This document shows, one piece after another, positions 8,719 through 16,741 of a stretch of 64,000 nt of DNA. A model generated the notes under the pieces. It was not told where the DNA came from. It did not search any database and saw only the letters and a program-made list of their open reading frames with translations. Each line of letters starts with the position of its first letter. Positions within the stretch are counted from its first letter, which is position 1. A program made the position numbers and the translations under genes. This stretch comes from Fibrobacterota bacterium (lineage in GTDB: Bacteria; Fibrobacterota; Fibrobacteria; UBA11236; JADFYW01), in NCBI GenBank assembly GCA_042567505.1, contig JBHPJW010000006.1, forward strand, positions 1,828-65,827, given 5' to 3'.

Positions 8719-11298
8719 TTATCTGTCCGGGACCATGAATTCCCAGCTGCTCCTGAACCGATTGGAATTAAAGCTTACCGCACCATGAGATATTGTCGAA
8801 TAAATCTCAACTCCCTGGTTTGCCAGCCTTTCCAGGGCGGCGGTATGCGGCATCCCGAAGCGGTTGTTCCGCCCTGCGCTGATAATGCCTGCCCCAGGGC
8901 TGACCGCTTTCAGGAATTCCGCCGTGGAAGCGGTAGCGCTGCCGTGGTGGGAGATTTTAACGATATCGGATTGTGTACCGGGAATACCAGCCAACCATTG
9001 TTCTGCCCTTTTTTCTATATCGCCGGTTAAAAGGATTCTTTTCCCGTGCATGGTTAATGACACTACCACGGAATTGTCGTTCCTGGTTGAAAACTGGTTT
9101 TCACGGCATGGGCTGAGGACGCTGAGAGAAACATGAGGATGTTTATAGAGTGTATCGCGGCAGTGGATAATGATAAGAGGTATATCGTGGTTAATCAGCA
9201 TTTGAACTGTCTGTGCCCAGGCCTGAGCTGACGAGGAATCACCTGAATATGCCACCTTTTTAATATCTATCCGGGGAATAAGGAATCTGAGTCCCCCATA
9301 ATGGTCGAGGTCACCGTGGCTTAAGATGACCAGGTCGAGCTCATTGATACCCGAATACTTTAAAAAGGGGAGGATAGTATATCTACCGCTTCCGGATTGC
9401 GCACTTCCAGGTCCGGCATCCAGTAAAACATGATAATCACCGGGCAGGCTGATAAAGGCTGCGTCTCCCTGGCCGACATCAAGAAAAGTGATCCGGGCGG
9501 GTTCGCTGATAACATTTGCCAGGCTGGAAAAAGCATAAATCAGTGAAAAACAGAGTAGATATGATAATGCGATGGGCTTGAGTTTTCTTCTGGAAAGGGC
9601 AAAAGGAATAATCAGCAGGAGGGAGCCTATTAATCCGGCCAGCAGCCAGGAAAGGGAAGGAAGAAACAGACGGCTCAAGGGAATCCGGCTCAGCTTTTCC
9701 ACTGAAACAAGAAGCAGGTTTGCAAACAGGGAACAGGTTTCTCCCATCCAGAGGGCCGGGGCATTGAACAATGGAGACAGAGCTATGGAAAGAGAACCGG
9801 TAAGCACCATTCCGGAGGTGAGAAAGATAGTAAGGATATTGCCGAAAATGGCTAGTGGTGAAACTTGATGTATGGTGTAGGCCAGGAAGGGGAGGGTGGC
9901 AAAGAACAAAAGGCCGCTTACCAGTATCGTTGACATAACAGCTCTCATAAAGGAATTGCGGAGGCCGTATCCGTTCAAAATTGCCGAAATGGTTTTTGAG
10001 TAGTAAAGGAGGAAATAGGTTGCGCAAAAGGAAAGCTGAAATCCAAGAGACAGTATCTGGTAAGGCATGATCAGAAGGCACAGGGTACAGGTAAGCGCCA
10101 GATTGCTCAGGGTGAATCGCGGCCTTTCTAAAAACACGGTGATTACCAGGCAACCGAACATGATAACAGAACGGATGACGCTTATGGAAGCACCTGAGAC
10201 CGGAATGTACAGGACGAGCAGGAGGGCGGCTGTGCCGTAGGCCCATTTCCTGGGGAGCCGCAAAAAAGTCAACAGCTGAATTAATACCAGCGCTATGATT
10301 CCCACGTGCAGCCCGCTGATGGCCAGCAGATGGAACATTCCGGAGTTGGCGAAGTTTTCCCGGATTTCATTGGGAAGCAGGTCACGGGTGCCCAACAGGG
10401 CGGCCTGAACCAGAGGCAGAGCTTCCGGACTGATGGATTTTTCCAGGGCCCGTTCCAGAAACAGGCGGACCTTCGCAACGGCGCGGAACAGGAAATTTGC
10501 CCGGGACGTTACTGTCATGGAATCTGCCTGATAAAGCCAGCTTATGTCCTGGGAAGCCAGGTATTTCGCATAGTCGAATTGACCCGGATTGGTGGGCGGT
10601 TCCAGAGGTTGAAATCGGCCGTATACCTTTACACCTTGTCCGGGGAAAATCCTCTCGGGCATGGTTTTTGATTGGACAATGCCGGTGCCATAATCTGTCT
10701 TCAGTATGATTTTTTTCATGTATGCGCCCGAAGAAAAATTACGGGCCCTTCCGGTTATCTGGTTCAGTTGCCCGGGTATGGCGGTTTTCTCATGGAAAAC
10801 GTGCAGCAACACACACCACAGGCAAAAAACAAGACTCAGGTTGAGAATACGGGTCTTGTGGAGCCCGATGAAAAAAAACAGACAGAAGGTGAAGCCCAGT
10901 ACAGCAGCCCACCGGTTATAAAAGTGGAAAACGCAACCGAAGAGGCAGGGAAACAGCAGTATGATGGCATAGTGCCACTTCACCTTTGCCCTGCAATCCT
11001 GGCGGAAATCAGCCAGGAACCGGTACGCAGCCCTGATATTTGTTAAAATCGGAACCTCATGAGGAATGGTCTTTTCGGCCCTGTTGCCGGAATAATCCTG
11101 CCGTAAATAGTACATAGAAATTAAAAGGTTTTTCAACCCGCCTTTTAGTCCCATAAGCCTTTTTTGCGCCAAAAAGGCCGGTAAATAAGTTTTCAAGAGC
11201 CTGGATTTGATGATTGCACTGATAATTATCGATAAATAATTTAGATTAAGGTAAGTTAGTGGAAACTTTCTTTTAACTTTTGCAGAGGCTTTTCTCAT
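8719..11298 (-). CDS. comEC: DNA internalisation/competence protein ComEC/Rec2 (competence channel domain + metallo-beta-lactamase domain)
   Basis: Polytopic membrane region followed by MBL motif ILSHGDLDHYGG; true start may be an internal Met (N-terminal ~90 aa uncertain). Confidence 0.85.
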   Translation of the reverse strand: MRKASAKVKRKFPLTYLNLNYLSIIISAIIKSRLLKTYLPAFLAQKRLMGLKGGLKNLLISMYYLRQDYSGNRAEKTIPHEVPILTNIRAAYRFLADFRQDCRAKVKWHYAIILLFPCLFGCVFHFYNRWAAVLGFTFCLFFFIGLHKTRILNLSLVFCLWCVLLHVFHEKTAIPGQLNQITGRARNFSSGAYMKKIILKTDYGTGIVQSKTMPERIFPGQGVKVYGRFQPLEPPTNPGQFDYAKYLASQDISWLYQADSMTVTSRANFLFRAVAKVRLFLERALEKSISPEALPLVQAALLGTRDLLPNEIRENFANSGMFHLLAISGLHVGIIALVLIQLLTFLRLPRKWAYGTAALLLVLYIPVSGASISVIRSVIMFGCLVITVFLERPRFTLSNLALTCTLCLLIMPYQILSLGFQLSFCATYFLLYYSKTISAILNGYGLRNSFMRAVMSTILVSGLLFFATLPFLAYTIHQVSPLAIFGNILTIFLTSGMVLTGSLSIALSPLFNAPALWMGETCSLFANLLLVSVEKLSRIPLSRLFLPSLSWLLAGLIGSLLLIIPFALSRRKLKPIALSYLLCFSLIYAFSSLANVISEPARITFLDVGQGDAAFISLPGDYHVLLDAGPGSAQSGSGRYTILPFLKYSGINELDLVILSHGDLDHYGGLRFLIPRIDIKKVAYSGDSSSAQAWAQTVQMLINHDIPLIIIHCRDTLYKHPHVSLSVLSPCRENQFSTRNDNSVVVSLTMHGKRILLTGDIEKRAEQWLAGIPGTQSDIVKISHHGSATASTAEFLKAVSPGAGIISAGRNNRFGMPHTAALERLANQGVEIYSTISHGAVSFNSNRFRSSWEFMVPDR

Positions 11299-11319
11299 AT
11301 ATTTATCAGGAGTATAAAA

Positions 11320-12390
11320 ATGAATAGAAATTTGAGTATAGGGTTTATTATTTGTCTGTTGGCCTCTTTTTCCTGGGGTTTAAGGCAGGATACCCTCTGG
11401 GTAGATGTGGTAAATGACTCTGTGGGATTTGCCAATGTTTACAGTGTCACCGGCATAGGGTCTCCCACCTGGCCTCCTGACGCAGAGGGTGTGCGCTATG
11501 ATGATCCCGCCGACGATCCGAATCAGACCTTTGTCCTTGAGGCCGGTGGAGTGATTACGCATACTGTCTATGAGGAAACAGGCGTGCTTTTCGGATATCT
11601 GGCCACTAAAAAGAAGTACGCCAACTACCGATTCAGGGTGGATTACAGGTTTGATGAGACTAATGATGAGGGCTTTCAAGCTTACAATTCAGGCATACTG
11701 TATCATATCCAGAGCGATTACATCTGGCCTCCCTGTATTGAATCCAATATGTATACCGGACATCCCACTGCCATTAATGGAATAGGCGATGACGGTATGG
11801 TATCGGTCACTCCCACGAAATCAGGCTATGGCAACGGCGGCTCCAATGCCCAGGAATTGGGCAGGGACCACCCTGCCGGGGAATGGTATACCATGGAGAT
11901 CGAAGTCCATGGTAGCGACTTAGTGACCCACTACCTCAGCGGCATAGAAGCGGCCCAGGGGGAGGACGTGACCTTTGGGGGAGATCCGGTTGATTCGGGT
12001 AATGTATCTATTCAGGTCGAGGCTTCCGGCATATCATTTCGGAACATGCAAATCCGCGATTTTGATTCGCCGATTTTCTGGGGCTGCACGAATTCCGATG
12101 CCGATAATTTTGAGCCTGAAGCCACCCATGACGACGGTTCCTGCAATGCCACCGGAGTCCGGATTTCCGGGAATCCCTCATTCTTGAATATTACCCCTGC
12201 GGCTGTTGAAATTAACAGCCCTGGAGAGCACTACCTTGAGGTCCAGGACATTAAGGGCCGCAATATCTTTCAGACAAGGAGCAGCGGACCGCAGACGTAT
12301 CGGTTGGATATGCTGGATAAGCAGGGCGTTTATGTGATACATGCCAGGGTGGGGGAAAAGACAATAGTTAAAAGGATTTTTCTCTATTAG
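11320..12390 (+). CDS. secreted concanavalin-like (DUF1080/3-keto-disaccharide-hydrolase-like) protein with T9SS-type C-terminal sorting domain
   Basis: Signal peptide; motifs NSGILYHIQ and FRNMQIRDF; C-terminus LEVQDIKGRNIF...GVYVIHARVGEKTIVKRIFLY matches the Por/T9SS C-terminal-domain pattern. Confidence 0.6.
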   Translation: MNRNLSIGFIICLLASFSWGLRQDTLWVDVVNDSVGFANVYSVTGIGSPTWPPDAEGVRYDDPADDPNQTFVLEAGGVITHTVYEETGVLFGYLATKKKYANYRFRVDYRFDETNDEGFQAYNSGILYHIQSDYIWPPCIESNMYTGHPTAINGIGDDGMVSVTPTKSGYGNGGSNAQELGRDHPAGEWYTMEIEVHGSDLVTHYLSGIEAAQGEDVTFGGDPVDSGNVSIQVEASGISFRNMQIRDFDSPIFWGCTNSDADNFEPEATHDDGSCNATGVRISGNPSFLNITPAAVEINSPGEHYLEVQDIKGRNIFQTRSSGPQTYRLDMLDKQGVYVIHARVGEKTIVKRIFLY

Positions 12391-12431
12391 ATCGTCGTTG
12401 TTGTTATCTGAGTAATTAGCCATTTGCGCCG

Positions 12432-12491
12432 TCGGCGCGTCATTGGGTCATGAGAAGGTAAAATAATTCCAACCCATGACCTAATGACGCG
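12432..12491. terminator. 18-bp inverted repeat between convergent genes (candidate bidirectional terminator or protein binding site)
   Basis: gcgcgtcattgggtcatg ... catgacctaatgacgcgc. Confidence 0.4.
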
Positions 12492-12548
12492 CCCAACACC
12501 CCATGAAGGTGTTACAAGGAGGCGCTAATGACTAATGATTCATCTCAA

Positions 12549-13145
12549 CTATAGAGAATCAAGCGCCGTCAAAAAATAATCAATAGCCGCCTGGTCCGGC
12601 CGGGTGGGGATAGAAGCATCAAGTAATTCCAGGGTGATGGATTTATTGCCAAGCGTGTCTCCCCTTATGGGGGCAATCAGGTTGAAAAAAAGGGTGGCGT
12701 CAAGCGTGTAGGGTATGCTTTCGCCATTTAGGATTTTCAGGTAAAGGTTGTTGTCTGTCAGCGCAGGATTATCAAGCCGGAAAGGAAAAACAATAGACAC
12801 TTCCGTGCTGGAGTCTCCTTCCACCGTAAAAGCCGGTACGGGAGCGGTGACGACGTTATTGACGTTATTCAGACCAAGGATGGCGTCCGCCCCCTGAAAA
12901 ACAGCCCGGTCCGAGTTTGGATTAGTGGCCTTTATCAACCAGGTGAGGTCAAAACCAAAGTCAGATGAATCCGCCGTGGCCAGGGCAGGACCGGAAGGAT
13001 AGAGAAGGTTTCCCAAGCCAAATCCCAGAGAGGAAAATTCAACCTTGAGTATATTGAGTTTCTCTTTGGCTGAGGAAAAGAGATCACAGTCTGAAAAACA
13101 TGCCAGGCAAAGGAGAATTGTCAGCAGCTTGAATTGTTTTTTCAT
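12549..13145 (-). CDS. secreted hypothetical lipoprotein
   Basis: Signal peptide with Cys-rich lipobox region (LLCLACFSDC); no known motifs. Confidence 0.5.
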   Translation of the reverse strand: MKKQFKLLTILLCLACFSDCDLFSSAKEKLNILKVEFSSLGFGLGNLLYPSGPALATADSSDFGFDLTWLIKATNPNSDRAVFQGADAILGLNNVNNVVTAPVPAFTVEGDSSTEVSIVFPFRLDNPALTDNNLYLKILNGESIPYTLDATLFFNLIAPIRGDTLGNKSITLELLDASIPTRPDQAAIDYFLTALDSL

Positions 13146-13212
13146 TTACACCTCGATATTTATCATAAGGTAGTTTTTTTTAGATAGTGAGGTATAGATT
13201 ATGGATATATTC

Positions 13213-13255
13213 AGGTGTCAGGTGTCAGGTGTCAGGTGTCAGGTGTCAGGTGTGA
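13213..13255. repeat. tandem heptanucleotide repeat (CAGGTGT)x6
   Basis: caggtgtcaggtgtcaggtgtcaggtgtcaggtgtcaggtgtgagg read directly. Confidence 0.9.
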
Positions 13256-13447
13256 GGCTCTCGATCTTGTCATGCCGGACTTGATCCGGCATCTTTCCCA
13301 GGTAATCTTGGTAGTAATTTACCAAGGCAAGACGCTGGGTCTGTGCCCGGTGTGACAGGTGATGGCGACTATCTCTTTTCTCCTTACTCCCCACTCCTTA
13401 CTACCAGAGCCCAGTACTCCATCACTCTAGTATTCTCCAGAGTTACA

Positions 13448-14185
13448 TCACCTGGGAATCGTCAACACCTGACCTGGGAATATGAGATCCGGATTCTTAA
13501 TAAGGTGCTCGTTGGCCCGGTATATTTCCGGCCACCGTTCCGGATCTCCGAATATTTCCGGCTTCTCTGCGATGTGCCATAGGCAGTCCCTATCTCCCGG
13601 CACCTCCCGGACCGTATAGGTGTCGGCCATTGGGATAGAAGAGTTGGCCGGTTCTCCTGGTTGCCCGGCATCGCTCAATGTCTGTTCCTTTGCATGTCTG
13701 GCATCGCTCAACGCCTGTTCCCTTGCCTGCCGTGAATCGCTAAATGACTGTTCCATACCAGTAAAATGCTCTTCCAGCCTGGGAATAATAGCGGCTTTAT
13801 GTTTCCTGAGCCCGGCCAGGTTTTTTTCCCCCTCTGTTATGGCTTTGTCCCATACGAATAGGTCTTCGGAATACTGAGAGGAAAAGGTATTTACGTCTGT
13901 TTTCAGCTCATCAAGCTGATTGATAAATTCATCGTATTCCTGCTGTGTTATGCCTGCTACGGAAAGAATTTCCCTCCATAGTTTCTGAGATTTTTCCCTT
14001 AATTCTTTTAGTTCCAATTTAAGGGCTGCAATTCTGGTTTTTAACTTGGCGATTTTCGGCAGTGCGGATTCTTCTCTGGTTTTAGCATCATTCAACTGTT
14101 CTTGGTAGCTTTCATAGGTCATTTCCTCTGCGGCCAGGGATATGACAAGCGCTAAAAAAATTATTGAAGGTTTCCTGGTCACACT
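13448..14185 (-). CDS. LysM-domain protein with coiled-coil region and signal peptide
   Basis: C-terminal LysM (DCLWHIAEKPEIFGDPERWPEIYRANEHLIKNPDLIFPGQVLTIP); internal repeat QAREQALSDARHAKEQTLSDA; start assigned to GTG giving VTRKPSIIFLALVISLAAEE signal. Confidence 0.6.
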   Translation of the reverse strand, partial: SVTRKPSIIFLALVISLAAEEMTYESYQEQLNDAKTREESALPKIAKLKTRIAALKLELKELREKSQKLWREILSVAGITQQEYDEFINQLDELKTDVNTFSSQYSEDLFVWDKAITEGEKNLAGLRKHKAAIIPRLEEHFTGMEQSFSDSRQAREQALSDARHAKEQTLSDAGQPGEPANSSIPMADTYTVREVPGDRDCLWHIAEKPEIFGDPERWPEIYRANEHLIKNPDLIFPGQVLTIPR

Positions 14186-14189
14186 TTCC

Positions 14190-14411
14190 CTACCGCCCCT
14201 TTTTTTGCTTGACCATTTCCAGTTCCGCTTGGTTCCGCTCCAGAATTTGGTTTTCTTCTTCGCGCTCCGCCTCGAGCCTGGATAGATCTGCCTCCAGCAG
14301 TCTGACCTGGTCTTCTGCCGTGGTGGCAGCATCTTTTGACTGTTCCAAGTCGTCCATTTCCGCCGGAGAAGGTTTCTTAGCGCAGGCACAGACAATGAAG
14401 AGAAAGATAAC
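14190..14411 (-). pseudogene. small coiled-coil lipoprotein-like ORF lacking a canonical start codon (abuts tRNA-Asp)
   Basis: Reading frame ...AVIFLFIVCACAKKPSPAEMDDLEQSKD...LEAEREEENQILERNQAELEM; upstream part of the six-frame ORF is just the tRNA-Asp sequence translated; no ATG/GTG/TTG found after the tRNA. Confidence 0.3.
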
Positions 14412-14439
14412 GGCGCAGGAGAAATGGGTGAGAAGAAGA

Positions 14440-14518
14440 TGGCGGAATGGACGAGACTTGAACTCGCAACCCCCTGCGTGACAGGCAGGTACTCTAACCA
14501 ATTGAGCTACCACTCCGC
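14440..14518 (-). tRNA. tRNA-Asp (GTC)
   Basis: Reverse complement gcggagtggtagctcaattggttagagtacctgcctgtcacgcagggggttgcgagttcaagtctcgtccattccgcca: cloverleaf, anticodon loop cTGTCAc, encoded CCA. Confidence 0.9.
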
Positions 14519-14529
14519 ATATTCAGAAT

Positions 14530-14645
14530 TAAGGTTTCAGTTTTCAGGGGTCAGTTAGGTAAGTATCCGATCTGACTCCTGACTCCTGATTCCTGACCAC
14601 TACAGTCCTCTAACTTCTGACTCCTTATTTCTCACTCTTCTCAAA
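14530..14645 (-). repeat. inter-tRNA copy of the CAGGAGTCAG-heptad intergenic element
   Basis: atctgactcctgactcctgattcctgaccactac is the reverse complement of the 6965-6991 copy; further ctgactcc/ctcactc heptads. Confidence 0.7.
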
Positions 14646-14647
14646 AA

Positions 14648-14722
14648 ATGGGCACTGTAAGATTTGAACTTACGACCCTCTGCTTGTAAGGCAGATGCTC
14701 TGAACCAACTGAGCTAAGCGCC
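14648..14722 (-). tRNA. tRNA-Val (TAC)
   Basis: Reverse complement gggcgcttagctcagttggttcagagcatctgccttacaagcagagggtcgtaagttcaaatcttacagtgccca: anticodon loop cTTACAa, CCA encoded. Confidence 0.9.
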
Positions 14723-14935
14723 CTTTTCCTTATCATTATCCTTGTTGTTTTTATGCCACATGATAGCTACCGGAAAAACCACACAATAGGCAATACATAA
14801 AATTATGGGGGCCACGGTCATTGACCAAACGCTGTTTACCGGAGGTCTCGAAAGAGCGTAAAACCCGATAATAAGTAACCCCAGACCTATTAAGAAAAGG
14901 ACATAATTATTTTTTCCAAAGAAACTATCCTGCAT
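14714..14935 (-). CDS. small two-TM membrane protein (hypothetical)
   Basis: 73-aa ORF with two hydrophobic helices and K/D-rich tail; overlaps the tRNA-Val 5' end by 9 nt. Confidence 0.35.
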   Translation of the reverse strand: MQDSFFGKNNYVLFLIGLGLLIIGFYALSRPPVNSVWSMTVAPIILCIAYCVVFPVAIMWHKNNKDNDKEKGA

Positions 14936-15008
14936 AATAATCTACCTCAAGCCGGTGCAAATATAGGTTTGGCAGTGTTTAATATCAAGTTTCCCCGTCA
15001 AGGATTTA

Positions 15009-15980
15009 TCAGGAATGAGCGTGTGCATGTTCGTAAGCCTTGATGATGTCAATGACCAGCCGGTGACGGACAACGTCTCTCGGTGTCAGGACGACCTGAC
15101 ATATGCCCTTTATATTTTTCAAAATTTTCCTCGCATGGGTCAGGCCTGAGGCTTTGTTCCCGGGCAGGTCTTTCTGAGATTCATCCCCAGTCACTATGAC
15201 CTTGCTTTTTATCCCAATCCTGGTCAGAAACATTTTCATCTGCGATATGGTGGTGTTCTGCGCTTCATCAAGGATAATAAAGCAATTATTCAGGGTCCTT
15301 CCCCTCATGTAAGCCAGGGGCGCGATTTCAATCTGTTCGTTTTCCCTCAATTCCAAAACTTCTTCCTGGGACAGTAGCACATTGAGAGAGTCAAAAAGCG
15401 GGGTCATGTAAGGGGCGATTTTCTCTCTCAGATCTCCCGGGAGATATCCCAAATACTCGCCGGACTCCACAGCCGGCCTCACCAGTATGATTTTTGATAC
15501 TTTTCTTTGCCGTAGATAAGAAACCGCCAGGGCTACTGCTAAAAAAGTCTTACCGGTCCCGGCAGGTCCAGAGGTAAGAGCAAGGTCATAATCATGAACC
15601 GACTTCACAAACTGCACCTGTCCCGGGGTTCTCGGTTGCACCGGTTTGCCCCATCTGTCCAGTAAAATAGGCTGTTCCAGAAAATATTCGTTAGATGGCC
15701 GTTTATCCGGGATGTCTGTTTTTTTTATTGGATGCCGGAGAGATTCCTGTACCAGGAAGTCAGACAATTCCATGCCGGACTTCACAAGGTTTCGCATCCT
15801 GTCCAGGGCCTGGGTAGCTCTTTGTATGGTATCTTCACTGGATGATTGGAGGACAATTCCCGGGTTACGCGTCAGTACCTTCAGGTCGCAGGCTTTTTCA
15901 ATTTTAATAAAATTGGATTCAGCAGGACCGGCCAATTGCGTTTTTTCAATATCATCAACGGGATAGGTGACTTGAATCAT
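15009..15980 (-). CDS. phoH: PhoH-like ATPase (phosphate-starvation-inducible protein PhoH family)
   Basis: P-loop ALTSGPAGTGKTFLAVALAV and conserved PhoH core (IVTGDESQKDLP). Confidence 0.85.
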   Translation of the reverse strand: MIQVTYPVDDIEKTQLAGPAESNFIKIEKACDLKVLTRNPGIVLQSSSEDTIQRATQALDRMRNLVKSGMELSDFLVQESLRHPIKKTDIPDKRPSNEYFLEQPILLDRWGKPVQPRTPGQVQFVKSVHDYDLALTSGPAGTGKTFLAVALAVSYLRQRKVSKIILVRPAVESGEYLGYLPGDLREKIAPYMTPLFDSLNVLLSQEEVLELRENEQIEIAPLAYMRGRTLNNCFIILDEAQNTTISQMKMFLTRIGIKSKVIVTGDESQKDLPGNKASGLTHARKILKNIKGICQVVLTPRDVVRHRLVIDIIKAYEHAHAHS

Positions 15981-16363
15981 TCTGGCATAGTTGATTTTGT
16001 ATCATCCACTTCTTTCTGCTTCTGCTCAAGCAATTTCTTTTGTCTGGCGAGTTCTTCTTCCAGTTCCAACCGTTCTTTTTTTAATTGCTGTAACTGGGCT
16101 TCTGCAGATGCTGCGGCTTTGCGGGCGTCTTCCAGCCGGTTGAGTTCTTCCTGATTTGGTTTACTCGCGCAGGCCGCAAACAGTGCGAGGCAGAAGCAGA
16201 TACAAAAAAAACGAAAAATGAAACAAGGGCGCGAACGGCTTGTGATCAAATCAAGCAGATGCAGCAACAAACTACTGACTTGCCTTTTTCTTCCTGTTGA
16301 GTTCTTCACGTAACCGATGGGCTTCCCATTCAGCAGATTCAGCGGCTTGCTTGCTTTCTTCAA
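15977..16363 (-). CDS. small coiled-coil lipoprotein (start uncertain, probably internal alternative start)
   Basis: Lipobox LALFAACASKP followed by AEAQLQQLKKERLELEEELARQKKLLEQKQ coiled coil; 5' 92 nt overlaps the next ORF in another frame. Confidence 0.5.
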   Translation of the reverse strand: MKKASKPLNLLNGKPIGYVKNSTGRKRQVSSLLLHLLDLITSRSRPCFIFRFFCICFCLALFAACASKPNQEELNRLEDARKAAASAEAQLQQLKKERLELEEELARQKKLLEQKQKEVDDTKSTMPE

Positions 16364-16514
16364 CTTCTTGGCTTTTACCGGTTGCTTCTACTCCCATTGT
16401 TTCATCTTCTGCTTCTGCTTTGGGCTTGTTGCCGGAACAGTTTAACAGTGACATGAAAACAATACCCGATAGGAAGATGAAAGGAAGTGGATATAATTTC
16501 ATTTTTTTAAACAT
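16272..16514 (-). CDS. small coiled-coil lipoprotein
   Basis: Signal/lipobox FMSLLNCSGNKP; E/K-rich helical C-terminus. Confidence 0.5.
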   Translation of the reverse strand: MFKKMKLYPLPFIFLSGIVFMSLLNCSGNKPKAEAEDETMGVEATGKSQEVEESKQAAESAEWEAHRLREELNRKKKASQ

Positions 16515-16741
16515 ATTTTACCTCTCGACCTTCAGGAAAAACTAAACCTTTCAGCATGACTCGTCAATAAAGATAGTTTTTTAACAATTGAGATACTATG
16601 AGACAGAGAATTATCACCTTTGGCGTACTCTGTCCTTTTATCCATTTAGAATCCTGGTCAAAATCATCCTTCAATGAGTTGGTTGTGGTGTCTTGCCCTC
16701 CTGATACCTCTCTCCCGGAAAAAATCCCCGCTGTAAGTTGA

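Noticed and set aside
9479-11046. ORFs antisense to or nested in comEC (9479-10246 -, 10306-10671 +, 10672-11046 +)
   Set aside because: Nested within the 859-aa ComEC frame, which has clear TM and MBL-domain homology.
14440-14513. N-terminal part of ORF 14190-14513 (MVAQLVRVPACHAGGCEFKSRP)
   Set aside because: This is the tRNA-Asp gene translated; classic tRNA-derived false ORF.
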